From: Yuukianura sp. NJ FZ-2021
Lineage: Eukaryota
NCBI GenBank assembly: GCA_046563655.1
Contig: JAJCTO010000010.1
Coordinates: 186,001-250,000 of the forward strand
Direction of reading: 5' to 3'
Length of the DNA: 64,000 nucleotides
Below the pieces are notes generated by a model that saw only the letters and a list, made by a program, of their open reading frames with translations, was not told the DNA's origin and made no database searches. How positions within the stretch are numbered: the first letter of the stretch is position 1; every line of letters starts with the position of its first letter. The position numbers and the translations under genes are program-made. Positions 50,101 to 64,000 of the stretch are shown piece by piece.

Positions 50101-53100
50101 CTTGCACGTTCCGAGGTCATTCTGTCAATGAAAGTTCATATCATTAACAAATGCTACATGAGTCCTCCTGGATGAAGAAAAATTACCTCGAAATAGAATT
50201 TTAACGGAGAAAATTGAAAGCACTAATATGGCATCTTACAAAAATTAAGCGTCAACTGAACCCAGTGAGATAGATATCGTGACTTGCACGTTCCGAGGTC
50301 ATTCTGTCAATGAAAGTTCATACCATTAACAAATGCTACATGAGTCCTCTTGGATCAAGAAAAATTACCTCGAAATAGACTTTTTTAACAGAGAAAATTG
50401 AAAGCACTAATATGGCATCTTACAAAAATTAAGCCAGTGATATAGATATCGTGACTTGCACGTTCCGAGGTCATTCTGTCAATGAAAGTTCATATTATTA
50501 ACAAATGCTACATGAGTCCTCCTGGATGAAGAAAAATTACCTCGAAATAGACTTTTTTAACGGAGAAAATTGAAAGCACTAATATGGCATCTTACAAAGA
50601 TTAAGCGTCAACTGAACCCAGTGAGATAGATATCGTGACTTGAACGTTCCGAGGTCATTCTGTCAATTAAAGTTCATATCATTAACAAATGCTACATGAC
50701 TCCTCCTGGATCAAGAAAAATTACCTCGAAATAGATTTTATTAGCGGAGAAAATTGAAAGCACTAATATGGCATCTTACAAAAATTAAGCGTCAACTGAA
50801 CCCAGTGAGATAGATATCGTGACTTGCACGTTCCGAGGTCATTCTGTCAATGAAAGTTCATATCATTAACAAATGCTACATGAGTCCTCTTGGATCAAGA
50901 AAAATTACCTCGAAATAGACTTTTTAACAGAGAGAAAGTTGAAAGCACTAATATCGCAAGTTTCATAAATCAAGCCAGTGATATAGATATCGTGACTTGC
51001 ACGTTCCGAGGTCATTCTGTCAATGAAAGTTCATATTATTAACAAATGCTACATGAGTCCTCCTGGATCAAGAAAAATTACCTCGAAATAGATTTTATTA
51101 ACGGAGAAAATTGAAAGCACTAATATGGCATCTTACAAAAATTAAGCGTCAACTGAACCCAGTGAGATAGATATCGTGACTTGCACGTTCCGAGGTCATT
51201 CTGTCAATTAAAGTTCATATCATTAACAAATGCTACATGAGTCCTCCTGGATCAAGAAAAATTACCTCGAAATAGATTTTATTAACGGAGAAAATTGAAA
51301 GCACTAATATGGCATCTTACAAAAATTAAGCGTCAACTGAACCCAGTGAGATAGATATCGTGACTTGCACGTTCCGAGGTCATTCTGTCAATGAAAGTTC
51401 ATACCATTAACAAATGCTACATGAGTCCTCTTGGATCAAGAAAAATTACCTCGAAATAGACTTTTTTAACAGAGAAAGTTGAAAGCACTAATATCGCAAG
51501 TCTTCATAAATCAAGCCAGTGATATAGATATCGTGACTTGCACGTTCCGAGGTCATTCTGTCAATGAAAGTTCATATTATTAACAAATGCTACATGAGTC
51601 CTCCTGGATGAAGAAAAATTACCTCGAAATAGACTTTTTAACGGAGAAAATTGAAAGCACTAATATGGCATCTTACAAAGATTAAGCGTCAACTGAACCC
51701 AGTGAGATAGATATCGTGACTTGAACGTTCCGAGGTCATTCTGTCAATTAAAGTTCATATCATTAACAAATGCTACATGACTCCTCCTGGATCAAGAAAA
51801 ATTACCTCGAAATAGATTTTATTAACGGAGAAAATTGAAAGCACTAATATGGCATCTTACAAAAATTAAGCGTCAACTGAACCCAGTGAGATAGATATCG
51901 TGACTTGCACGTTCCGAGGTCATTCTGTCAATGAAAGTTCATATCATTAACAAATGCTACATGAGTCCTCTTGGATCAAGAAAAATTACCTCGAAATAGA
52001 CTTTTTAACAGAGAAAGTTGAAAGCACTAATATCGCAAGTTTCATAAATCAAGCCAGTGATATAGATATCGTGACTTGCACGTTCCGAGGTCATTCTGTC
52101 AATGAAAGTTCATATTATTAACAAATGCTACATGAGTCCTCCTGGATCAAGAAAAATTACCTCGAAATAGATTTTATTTAACGGAGAAAATTGAAAGCAC
52201 TAATATGGCATCTTACAAAAATTAAGCGTCAACTGAACCCAGTGAGATAGATATCGTGACTTGCACGTTCCGAGGTCATTCTGTCAATGAAAGTTCATAT
52301 TATTAACAAATGCTACATGAGTCCTCCTGGATGAAGAAAAATTACCTCGAAATAGACTTTTTTAACGGAGAAAATTGAAAGCACTAATATGGCATCTTAC
52401 AAAAATTAAGCGTCAACTGAACCCAGTGAGATAGATATCGTGACTTGCACGTTCCGAGGTCATTCTGTCAATGAAAGTTCATATCATTAACAAATGCTAC
52501 ATGAGTCCTCCTGGATCAAGAAAAATTACCTCGAAATAGACTTTTTAACGGAGAAAATTGAAAGCACTAATATGGCATCTTACAAAAATTAAGCGTCAAC
52601 TTAACCCAGTGAGATAGATATCGTGACTTGCACGTTCCGAGGTCATTCTGTCAATGAAAGTTCATATCATTAACAAATGCTACATGAGTCCTCTTGGATC
52701 AAGAAAAATTACCTCGAAATAGACTTTTTTAACAGAGAAAGTTGAAAGCACTAATATCGCAAGTTTCATAAAATTAAGCGTCAACTGAACCCAGTGAGAT
52801 AGATATCGTGACTTGCACGTTCCGAGGTCATTCTGTCAATGAAAGTTCATATTATTAACAAATGCTACATGAGTCCTCCTGGATGAAGAAAAATTACCTC
52901 GAAATAGACTTTTTTAACGGAGAAAATTGAAAGCACTAATATGGCATCTTACAAAGATTAAGCGTCAACTGAACCCAGTGAGATAGATATCGTGACTTGA
53001 ACGTTCCGAGGTCATTCTGTCAATTAAAGTTCATATCATTAACAAATGCTACATGACTCCTCCTGGATCAAGAAAAATTACCTCGAAATAGATTTTATTA

Positions 53101-56100
53101 ACGGAGAAAATTGAAAGCACTAATATGGCATCTTACAAAAATTAAGCGTCAACTGAACCCAGTGAGATAGATATCGTGACTTGCACGTTCCGAGGTCATT
53201 CTGTCAATGAAAGTTCATATCATTAACAAATGCTACATGAGTCCTCTTGGATCAAGAAAAATTACCTCGAAATAGACTTTTTAACAGAGAAAGTTGAAAG
53301 CACTAATATCGCAAGTTTCATAAATCAAGCCAGTGATATAGATATCGTGACTTGCACGTTCCGAGGTCATTCTGTCAATGAAAGTTCATATTATTAACAA
53401 ATGCTACATGAGTCCTCCTGGATCAAGAAAAATTACCTCGAAATAGATTTTATTAACGGAGAAAATTGAAAGCACTAATATGGCATCTTACAAAAATTAA
53501 GCGTCAACTGAACCCAGTGAGATAGATATCGTGACTTGCACGTTCCGAGGTCATTCTGTCAATTAAAGTTCATCCCATTAACAAATGCTACATGAGTCCT
53601 CTTGGATCAAGAAAAATTACCTCGAAATAGACTTTTTTAACAGAGAAAATTGAAAGCACTAATATCGCACAAAAGTTTCATAAATTAAGCCAGTGAGATA
53701 GATATCGTGACTTGCACGTTCCGAGGTCATTCTGTCAATGAAAGTTCATATTATTAACAAATGCTACATGAGTCCTCCTGGATGAAGAAAAATTACCTCG
53801 AAATAGACTTTTTTAACGGAGAAAATTGAAAGCACTAATATGGCATCTTACAAAGATTAAGCGTCAACTGAACCCAGTGAGATAGATATCGTGACTTGCA
53901 CGTTCCGAGGTCATTCTGTCAATGAAAGTTCATATCATTAACAAATGCTACATGAGTCCTCCTGGATGAAGAAAAATTACCTCGAAATAGACTTTTAACG
54001 AGAAAATTGAAAGCACTAATATGGCATCTTACAAAAATTAAGCGTCAACTTAACCCAGTGAGATAGATATCGTGACTTGCACGTTCCGAGGTCATTCTGT
54101 CAATGAAAGTTCATATCATTAACAAATGCTACATGAGTCCTCCTGGATGAAGAAAAATTACCTCGAAATAGACTTTTCTCAACGGAGAAAATTGAAAGCA
54201 CTAATATGGCATCTTACAAAAATTAAGCGTCAACTGAACCCAGTGAGATAGATATCGTGACTTGCACGTTCCGAGGTCATTCTGTCAATGAAAGTTCATA
54301 CCATTAACAAATGCTACATGAGTCCTCTTGGATCAAGAAAAATTACCTCGAAATAGACTTTTTAGCAGAGAAAGTTGAAAGCACTAATATCGCAAGTTTC
54401 ATAAATTAAGCGTCAACTGAACCCAGTGAGATAGATATCGTGACTTGCACGTTCCGAGGTCATTCTGTCAATGAAAGTTCATATCATTAACAAATGCTAC
54501 ATGAGTCCTCCTGGATGAAGAAAAATTACCTCGAAATAGACTTTTTTAACGGAGAAAATTGAAAGCACTAATATGGCATCTTACAAAGATTAAGCGTCAA
54601 CTGAACCCAGTGAGATAGATATCGTGACTTGCACGTTCCGAGGTCATTCTGTCAATTAAAGTTCATATCATTAACAAATGCTACATGAGTCCTCCTGGAT
54701 GAAGAAAAATTACCTCGAAATAGACTTTTTTAACGGAGAAAATTGAAAGCACTAATATGGCATCTTACAAAGATTAAGCGTCAACTGAACCCTGTGAGAT
54801 AGATATCGTGACTTGCACGTTCCGAGGTCATTCTGTCAATTAAAGTTCATATCATTAACAAATGCTACATGAGTCCTCCTGGATCAAGAAAAATTACCTC
54901 GAAATAGATTTTATTTAACGGAGAAAATTGAAAGCACTAATATGGCATCTTACAAAAATTATGCGTCAACTGAACCCAGTGAGATAGATATCGTGTCTTG
55001 CACGTTCCGAGGTCATTCTGTCAATGAAAGTTCATATCATTAACAAATGCTACATGAGTCCTCTTGGATCAAGAAAAATTACCTCGAAATAGACTTTTTA
55101 ACGGAGAAAGTTGAAAGCACTAATATGGCATCTTACAAAAATTAAGCGTCAACTGAACCCAGTGAGATAGATATCGTGACTTGCACGTTCCGAGGTCATT
55201 CTGTCAATTAAAGTTCATATCATTAACAAATGCTACATGAGTCCTCCTGGATCAAGAAAAATTACCTCGAAATAGATTTTTTTAACGGAGAAAATTGAAA
55301 GCACTAATATGGCATCTTACAAAAATTAAGTGTCAACTGAACCCAGTGAGATAGATATCGTGACTTGTACGTTCCGAGGTCATTCTGTCAATTAAAGTTC
55401 ATACCATTAACAAATGCTACATGAGTCCTCTTGGATCAAGAAAAATTACCTCGAAATAGACTTTTTTAACAGAGAAAGTTGAAAGCACTAATATCGCAAG
55501 TTTCATAAATTAAGCCAGTGATATAGATATCGTGACTTGCACGTTCCGAGGTCATTCTGTCAATGAAAGTTCATATTATTAACAAATGCTACATGAGTCC
55601 TCCTGGATGAAGAAAAATTACCTCGAAATAGACTTTTTTAACGGAGAAAATTGAAAGCACTAATATGGCATCTTACAAAGATTAAGCGTCAACTGAACCC
55701 AGTGAGATAGATATCGTGACTTGCACGTTCCGAGGTCATTCTGTCAATTAAAGTTCATATTATTAACAAATGCTACATGAGTCCTCCTGGATGAAGAAAA
55801 ATTACCTCGAAATAGACTTTTTTAACGGAGAAAATTGAAAGCACTAATATGGCATCTTACAAAAATTAAGCGTCAACTGAACCCAGTGAGATAGATATCG
55901 TGACTTGCACGTTCCGAGGTCATTCTGTCAATTAAAGTTCATATCATTAACAAATGCTACATGAGTCCTCCTGGATGAAGAAAAATTACCTCGAAATAGA
56001 CTTTTTTAACGGAGAAAATTGAAAGCACTAATATGGCATCTTACAAAAATTAAGCGTCAACTGAACCCAGTGAGATAGATATCGTGACTTGCACGTTCCG

Positions 56101-59100
56101 AGGTCATTCTGTCAATTAAAGTTCATATCATTAACAAATGCTACATGAGTCCTCCTGGATCAAGAAAAATTACCTCGAAATAGATTTTTCTAACGGAGAA
56201 AATTGAAAGCACTAATATGGCATCTTACAAAAATTAAGTGTCAACTGAACCCAGTGAGATAGATATCGTGACTTGCACGTTCCGAGGTCATTCTGTCAAT
56301 GAAAGTTCATATCATTAACAAATGCTACATGAGTCCTCTTGGATCAAGAAAAATTACCTCGAAATAGACTTTTTTAACGGAGAAAGTTGAAAGCACTAAT
56401 ATGGCATCTTACAAAAATTAAGCGTCAACTGAACCCAGTGAGATAGATATCGTGACTTGCACGTTCCGAGGTCATTCTGTCAATTAAAGTTCATATCATT
56501 AACAAATGCTACATGAGTCCTCCTGGATCAAGAAAAATTACCTCGAAATAGATTTTTTTAACGGAGAAAATTGAAAGCACTAATATGGCATCTTACAAAA
56601 ATTAAGTGTCAACTGAACCCAGTGAGATAGATATCGTGACTTGTACGTTCCGAGGTCATTCTGTCAATTAAAGTTCATACCATTAACAAATGCTACATGA
56701 GTCCTCTTGGATCAAGAAAAATTACCTCGAAATAGACTTTTTTAACAGAGAAAGTTGAAAGCACTAATATCGCAAGTTTCATAAATTAAGCCAGTGATAT
56801 AGATATCGTGACTTGCACGTTCCGAGGTCATTCTGTCAATGAAAGTTCATATTATTAACAAATGCTACATGAGTCCTCCTGGATGAAGAAAAATTACCTC
56901 GAAATAGACTTTTTTAACGGAGAAAATTGAAAGCACTAATATGGCATCTTACAAAGATTAAGCGTCAACTGAACCCAGTGAGATAGATATCGTGACTTGC
57001 ACGTTCCGAGGTCATTCTGTCAATTAAAGTTCATATTATTAACAAATGCTACATGAGTCCTCCTGGATGAAGAAAAATTACCTCGAAATAGACTTTTTTA
57101 ACGGAGAAAATTGAAAGCACTAATATGGCATCTTACAAAAATTAAGCGTCAACTGAACCCAGTGAGATAGATATCGTGACTTGCACGTTCCGAGGTCATT
57201 CTGTCAATTAAAGTTCATATCATTAACAAATGCTACATGAGTCCTCCTGGATGAAGAAAAATTACCTCGAAATAGACTTTTTAACGGAGAAAATTGAAAG
57301 CACTAATATGGCATCTTACAAAAATTAAGCGTCAACTGAACCCAGTGAGATAGATATCGTGACTTGCACGTTCCGAGGTCATTCTGTCAATTAAAGTTCA
57401 TATCATTAACAAATGCTACATGAGTCCTCCTGGATGAAGAAAAATTACCTCGAAATAGACTTTTTTAACGGAGAAAATTGAAAGCACTAATATGGCATCT
57501 TACAAATATTAAGCGTCAACTGAACCCAGTGAGATAGATATCGTGACTTGCACGTTCCGAGGTCATTCTGTCAATTAAAGTTCATATTATTAACAAATGC
57601 TACATGAGTCCTCCTGGATGAAGAAAAATTACCTCGAAATAGACTTTTTTAACGGAGAAAATTGAAAGCACTAATATGGCATCTTACAAAGATTAAGCGT
57701 CAACTGAACCCTGTGAGATAGATATCGTGACTTGCACGTTCCGAGGTCATTCTGTCAATTAAAGTTCATATCATTAACAAATGCTACATGAGTCCTCCTG
57801 GATCAAGAAAAATTACCTCGAAATAGATTTTATTAACGGAGAAAATTGAAAGCACTAATATGGCATCTTACAAAAATTATGCGTCAACTGAACCCAGTGA
57901 GATAGATATCGTGTCTTGCACGTTCCGAGGTCATTCTGTCAATGAAAGTTCATATCATTAACAAATGCTACATGAGTCCTCTTGGATCAAGAAAAATTAC
58001 CTCGAAATAGACTTTTTAACGGAGAAAGTTGAAAGCACTAATATGGCATCTTACAAAAATTAAGCGTCAACTGAACCCAGTGAGATAGATATCGTGACTT
58101 GCACGTTCCGAGGTCATTCTGTCAATTAAAGTTCATATCATTAACAAATGCTACATGAGTCCTCCTGGATCAAGAAAAATTACCTCGAAATAGATTTTTT
58201 TAACGGAGAAAATTGAAAGCACTAATATGGCATCTTACAAAAATTAAGTGTCAACTGAACCCAGTGAGATAGATATCGTGACTTGTACGTTCCGAGGTCA
58301 TTCTGTCAATTAAAGTTCATACCATTAACAAATGCTACATGAGTCCTCTTGGATCAAGAAAAATTACCTCGAAATAGACTTTTTTAACAGAGAAAGTTGA
58401 AAGCACTAATATCGCAAGTTTCATAAATTAAGCCAGTGATATAGATATCGTGACTTGCACGTTCCGAGGTCATTCTGTCAATGAAAGTTCATATTATTAA
58501 CAAATGCTACATGAGTCCTCCTGGATGAAGAAAAATTACCTCGAAATAGACTTTTTTAACGGAGAAAATTGAAAGCACTAATATGGCATCTTACAAAGAT
58601 TAAGCGTCAACTGAACCCAGTGAGATAGATATCGTGACTTGCACGTTCCGAGGTCATTCTGTCAATTAAAGTTCATATCATTAACAAATGCTACATGAGT
58701 CCTCCTGGATGAAGAAAAATTACCTCGAAATAGACTTTTTTAACGGAGAAAATTGAAAGCACTAATATGGCATCTTACAAAAATTAAGCGTCAACTGAAC
58801 CCAGTGAGATAGATATCGTGACTTGCACGTTCCGAGGTCATTCTGTCAATTAAAGTTCATATCATTAACAAATGCTACATGAGTCCTCCTGGATCAAGAA
58901 AAATTACCTCGAAATAGATTTTTCTAACGGAGAAAATTGAAAGCACTAATATGGCATCTTACAAAAATTAAGTGTCAACTGAACCCAGTGAGATAGATAT
59001 CGTGACTTGCACGTTCCGAGGTCATTCTGTCAATTAAAGTTCATACCATTAACAAATGCTACATGAGTCCTCTTGGATCAATAAAAATTACCTCGAAATA

Positions 59101-62100
59101 GACTTTTTTAACAGAGAAAGTTGAAAGCACTAATATCGCAAGTTTCATAAATTAAGCGTCAAATTAACCCAGTGATATAGATATCGTGACTTGCACGTTC
59201 CGAGGTCATTCTGTCAATGAAAGTTCATATCATTAACAAATGCTACATGAGTCCTCCTGGATGAAGAAAAATTACCTCGAAATAGACTTTTTTAACGGAG
59301 AAAATTGAAAGCACTTATATGGCATCTTACAAAATTTAAGCGTCAACTTAACCCAGTGAGATAGATATCGTGACTTCCACGTTCCGAGGTCATTCTGTCA
59401 ATGAAAGTTCATATCATTAACAAATGCTACATGAGTCCTCTTGGATCAAGAAAAATTACCTCGAAATAAACTTTTTTAACGGAGAAAGTTGAAAGCACTA
59501 ATATGGCATCTTACAAAAATTAAGCGTCAACTGAACCCAGTGAGATAGATATCGTGACTTCCACGTTCCGAGGTTATTCTGTCAATGAAAGTTCATATCG
59601 TTAACAAATGCTACATGAGTCCTCCTGGATCAAGAAAAATTACCTCCAAATAGACTTTTTTAACGGAGAAAATTGAAAGCACTAATATCGCAAGTTTCAT
59701 AAATTAAGCCAGTGATATAGATATCGTGACTTGCACGTTCCGAGGTCATTCTGTCAATGAAAGTTCATATTATTAACAAATGCTACATGAGTCCTCCTGG
59801 ATGAAGAAAAATTACCTCGAAATAGACTTTTTAATAAAGAAAATTGAAAGCACTAATATGGCATCTTACAAAAATTAAGCGTCAACTGAACCCAGTGAGA
59901 TAGATATCGTGACTTGCACGTTCCGAGGTCATTCTGTCAATGAAAGTTCATACCATTAACAAATGCTACATGAGTCCTCTTGGATCAAGAAAAATTACCT
60001 CGAAATAGACTTTTTTAACAGAGAAAGTTGAAAGCACTAATATCGCAAGTTTCATAAATCAAGCCAGTGATATAGATATCGTGACTTGCACGTTCCGAGG
60101 TCATTCTGTCAATGAAAGTTCATATTATTAACAAATGCTACATGAGTCCTCCTGGATCAAGAAAAATTACCTCGAAATAGATTTTTTTAACGGAGAAAAT
60201 TGAAAGCACTAATATGGCATCTTACAAAAATTAAGTGTCAACTGAACCCAGTGAGATAGATATCGTGACTTGCACGTTCCGAGGTCATTCTGTCAATTAA
60301 AGTTCATCCCATTAACAAATGCTACATGAGTCCTCTTGGATCAAGAAAAATTACCTCGAAATAGACTTTTTAACAGAGAAAGTTGAAAGCACTAATATCG
60401 CAAGTTTCATAAATTAAGCCAGTGATATAGATATCGTGACTTGCACGTTCCGAGGTCATTCTGTCAATGAAAGTTCATATTATTAACAAATGCTACATGA
60501 GTCCTCCTGGATCAAGAAAAATTACCTCGAAATAGATTTTATTAACGGAGAAAATTGAAAGCACTAATATGGCATCTTACAAAAATTAAGCGTCAACTGA
60601 ACCCAGTGAGATAGATATCGTGACTTGCACGTTCCGAGGTCATTCTGTCAATTAAAGTTCATCCCATTAACAAATGCTACATGAGTCCTCTTGGATCAAG
60701 AAAAATTACCTCGAAATAGACTTTTTAACAGAGAAAGTTGAAAGCACTAATATCGCAAGTTTCATAAATTAAGCCAGTGATATAGATATCGTGACTTGCA
60801 CGTTCCGAGGTCATTCTGTCAATGAAAGTTCATATTATTAACAAATGCTACATGAGTCCTCCTGGATGAAGAAAAATTACCTCGAAATAGACTTTTTAAC
60901 AGAGAAAATTGAAAGCACTAATATGGCATCTTACAAAAATTAAGCGTCAACTGAACCCAGTGAGATAGATATCGTGACTTGCACGTTCCGAGGTCATTCT
61001 GTCAATGAAAGTTCATACCATTAACAAATGCTACATGAGTAATCTTGGATCAAGAAAAATTACCTCGAAATAGACTTTTTTAACAGAGAAAGTTGAAAGC
61101 ACTAATATCGCAAGTTTCATAAATCAAGCCAGTGATATAGATATCGTGACTTGCACGTTCCGAGGTCATTCTGTCAATGAAAGTTCATATTATTAACAAA
61201 TGCTACATGAGTCCTCCTGGATCAAGAAAAATTACCTCGAAATAGATTTTTTTAACGGAGAAAATTGAAAGCACTAATATGGCATCTTACAAAAATTAAG
61301 TGTCAACTGAACCCAGTGAGATAGATATCGTGACTTGCACGTTCCGAGGTCATTCTGTCAATTAAAGTTCATCCCATTAACAAATGCTACATGAGTCCTC
61401 TTGGATCAAGAAAAATTACCTCGAAATAGACTTTTTTAACAGAGAAAGTTGAAAGCACTAATATCGCAAGTTTCATAAATTAAGCCAGTGATATAGATAT
61501 CGTGACTTGCACGTTCCGAGGTCATTCTGTCAATGAAAGTTCATATTATTAACAAATGCTACATGAGTCCTCCTGGATGAAGAAAAATTACCTCGAAATA
61601 GACTTTTTAACGGAGAAAATTGAAAGCACTAATATGGCATCTTACAAAGATTAAGCATCAACTGAACCCAGTGAGATAGATATCGTGACTTGAACGTTCC
61701 GAGGTCATTCTGTCAATTAAAGTTCATATCATTAACAAATGCTACATGACTCCTCCTGGATCAAGAAAAATTACCTCGAAATAGATTTTATTAACGGAGA
61801 AAATTGAAAGCACTAATATGGCATCTTACAAAAATTAAGCGTCAACTGAACCCAGTGAGATAGATATCGTGACTTGCACGTTCCGAGGTCATTCTGTCAA
61901 TGAAAGTTCATATCATTAACAAATGCTACATGAGTCCTCTTGGATCAAGAAAAATTACCTCGAAATAGACTTTTTTAACAGAGAAAGTTGAAAGCACTAA
62001 TATCGCAAGTTTCATAAATCAGGCCAGTGATATAGATATCGTGACTTGCACGTTCCGAGGTCATTCTGTGAATGAAAGTTCATATTATTAACAAATGCTA

Positions 62101-64000
62101 CATGAGTCCTCCTGGATCAAGAAAAATTACCTCGAAATAGATTTTATTAACGGAGAAAATTGAAAGCACTAATATGGCATCTTACAAAAATTAAGCGTCA
62201 ACTGAACCCAGTGAGATAGATATCGTGACTTGCACGTTCCGAGGGCATTCTGTCAATTAAAGTTCATATCATTAACAAATGCTACATGAGTCCTCCTGGA
62301 TCAAGAAAAATTACCTCGAAATAGATTTTATTAACGGAGAAAATTGAAAGCACTAATATGGCATCTTACAAAAATTAAGCGTCAACTGAACCCAGTGAGA
62401 TAGATATCGTGACTTGCACGTTCCGAGGTCATTCTGTCAATGAAAGTTCATACCATTAACAAATGCTACATGAGTCCTCTTGGATCAAGAAAAATTACCT
62501 CGAAATAGACTTTTTTAACAGAGAAAGTTGAAAGCACTAATATCGCAAGTTTCATAAATCAAGCCAGTGATATAGATATCGTGACTTGCACGTTCCGAGG
62601 TCATTCTGTCAATGAAAGTTCATATTATTAACAAATGCTACATGAGTCCTCCTGGATGAAGAAAAATTACCTCGAAATAGACTTTTTTAACGGAGAAAAT
62701 TGAAAGCACTAATATGGCATCTTACAAAGATTAAGCGTCAACTGAACCCAGTGAGATAGATATCGTGACTTGAACGTTCCGAGGTCATTCTGTCAATTAA
62801 AGTTCATATCATTAACAAATGCTACATGACTCCTCCTGGATCAAGAAAAATTACCTCGAAATAGATTTTATTAACGGAGAAAATTGAAAGCACTAATATG
62901 GCATCTTACAAAAATTAAGCGTCAACTGAACCCAGTGAGATAGATATCGTGACTTGCACGTTCCGAGGTCATTCTGTCAATGAAAGTTCATATCATTAAC
63001 AAATGCTACATGAGTCCTCTTGGATCAAGAAAAATTACCTCGAAATAGACTTTTTTAACAGAGAAAGTTGAAAGCACTAATATCGCAAGTTTCATAAATC
63101 AAGCCAGTGATATAGATATCGTGACTTGCACGTTCCGAGGTCATTCTGTCAATGAAAGTTCATATTATTAACAAATGCTACATGAGTCCTCCTGGATCAA
63201 GAAAAATTACCTCGAAATAGATTTTATTAACGGAGAAAATTGAAAGCACTAATATGGCATCTTACAAAAATTAAGCGTCAACTGAACCCAGTGAGATAGA
63301 TATCGTGACTTGCACGTTCCGAGGTCATTCTGTCAATTAAAGTTCATCCCATTAACAAATGCTACATGAGTCCTCTTGGATCAAGAAAAATTACCTCGAA
63401 ATAGACTTTTTTAACAGAGAAAGTTGAAAGCACTAATATCGCAAGTTTCATAAATCAAGCCAGTGATATAGATATCGTGACTTGCACGTTCCGAGGTCAT
63501 TCTGTCAATGAAAGTTCATATTATTAACAAATGCTACATGAGTCCTCCTGGATGAAGAAAAATTACCTCGAAATAGACTTTTTTAACGGAGAAAATTGAA
63601 AGCACTAATATGGCATCTTACAAAGATTAAGCGTCAACTGAACCCAGTGAGATAGATATCGTGACTTGCACGTTCCGAGGTCATTCTGTCAATGAAAGTT
63701 CATATCATTAACAAACGCTACATGAGTCCTCCTGGATGAAGAAAAATTACCTCGAAATAGACTTTTAACGAGAAAATTGAAAGCACTAATATGGCATCTT
63801 ACAAAAATTAAGCGTCAACTTAACCCAGTGAGATAGATATCGTGACTTGCACGTTCCGAGGTCATTCTGTCAATGAAAGTTCATATCATTAACAAATGCT
63901 ACATGAGTCCTCCTGGATGAAGAAAAATTACCTCGAAATAGAATTTTAACGGAGAAAATTGAAAGCACTAATATGGCATCTTACAAAAATTAAGCGTCAA
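14145..64000. repeat. Large satellite array of 184-bp monomers interspersed with a 172-bp variant, roughly 275 copies, with higher-order repeats; candidate (peri)centromeric satellite
   Basis: AACGGAGAAAATTGAAAGC recurs at 14151 and 14335 (184 apart). The variant AAGCCAGTGATAT lacks 12 bp. The array is head-to-tail with no visible insertion or inversion to the window end. Copy number is estimated from length. A centromeric role is inference. Confidence 0.98.

Noticed and set aside
14145..64000. CRISPR array, or tandem 5S/tRNA/snRNA gene cluster
   Set aside because: No unique spacers, no cas genes, and no recognisable RNA-gene sequence or Pol III boxes in the monomer.

Overview
Eukaryotic (very likely invertebrate animal) heterochromatin, probably centromeric or pericentromeric. 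I see no host gene, RNA gene or CRISPR array. Three satellite families sit side by side: a 278-bp array (1-3302), a 256-bp array (4428-4834, resuming 12697-14127) and a ~50-kb 184/172-bp array with higher-order structure (14145-64000, open at the right edge). A truncated minus-strand BEL/Pao LTR retrotransposon fragment separates the 278-bp and 256-bp arrays. One 256-bp monomer is interrupted by a nest of elements. The outer one is a non-autonomous Helentron/DINE-1-like element (4835-12696). Inside it are a 176-bp foldback/MULE-like MITE with a 9-bp TSD and a young, full-length BEL/Pao element (5875-12491) with 283-bp LTRs differing at 3 sites, a GCCGC TSD, a tRNA-Phe-type PBS and a single gag-pol broken only by one extra T in a homopolymer. 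The 256/184 satellite junction carries short locally templated insertions typical of polymerase-theta end joining. The short ORFs in the satellites are by-products of the repeats.
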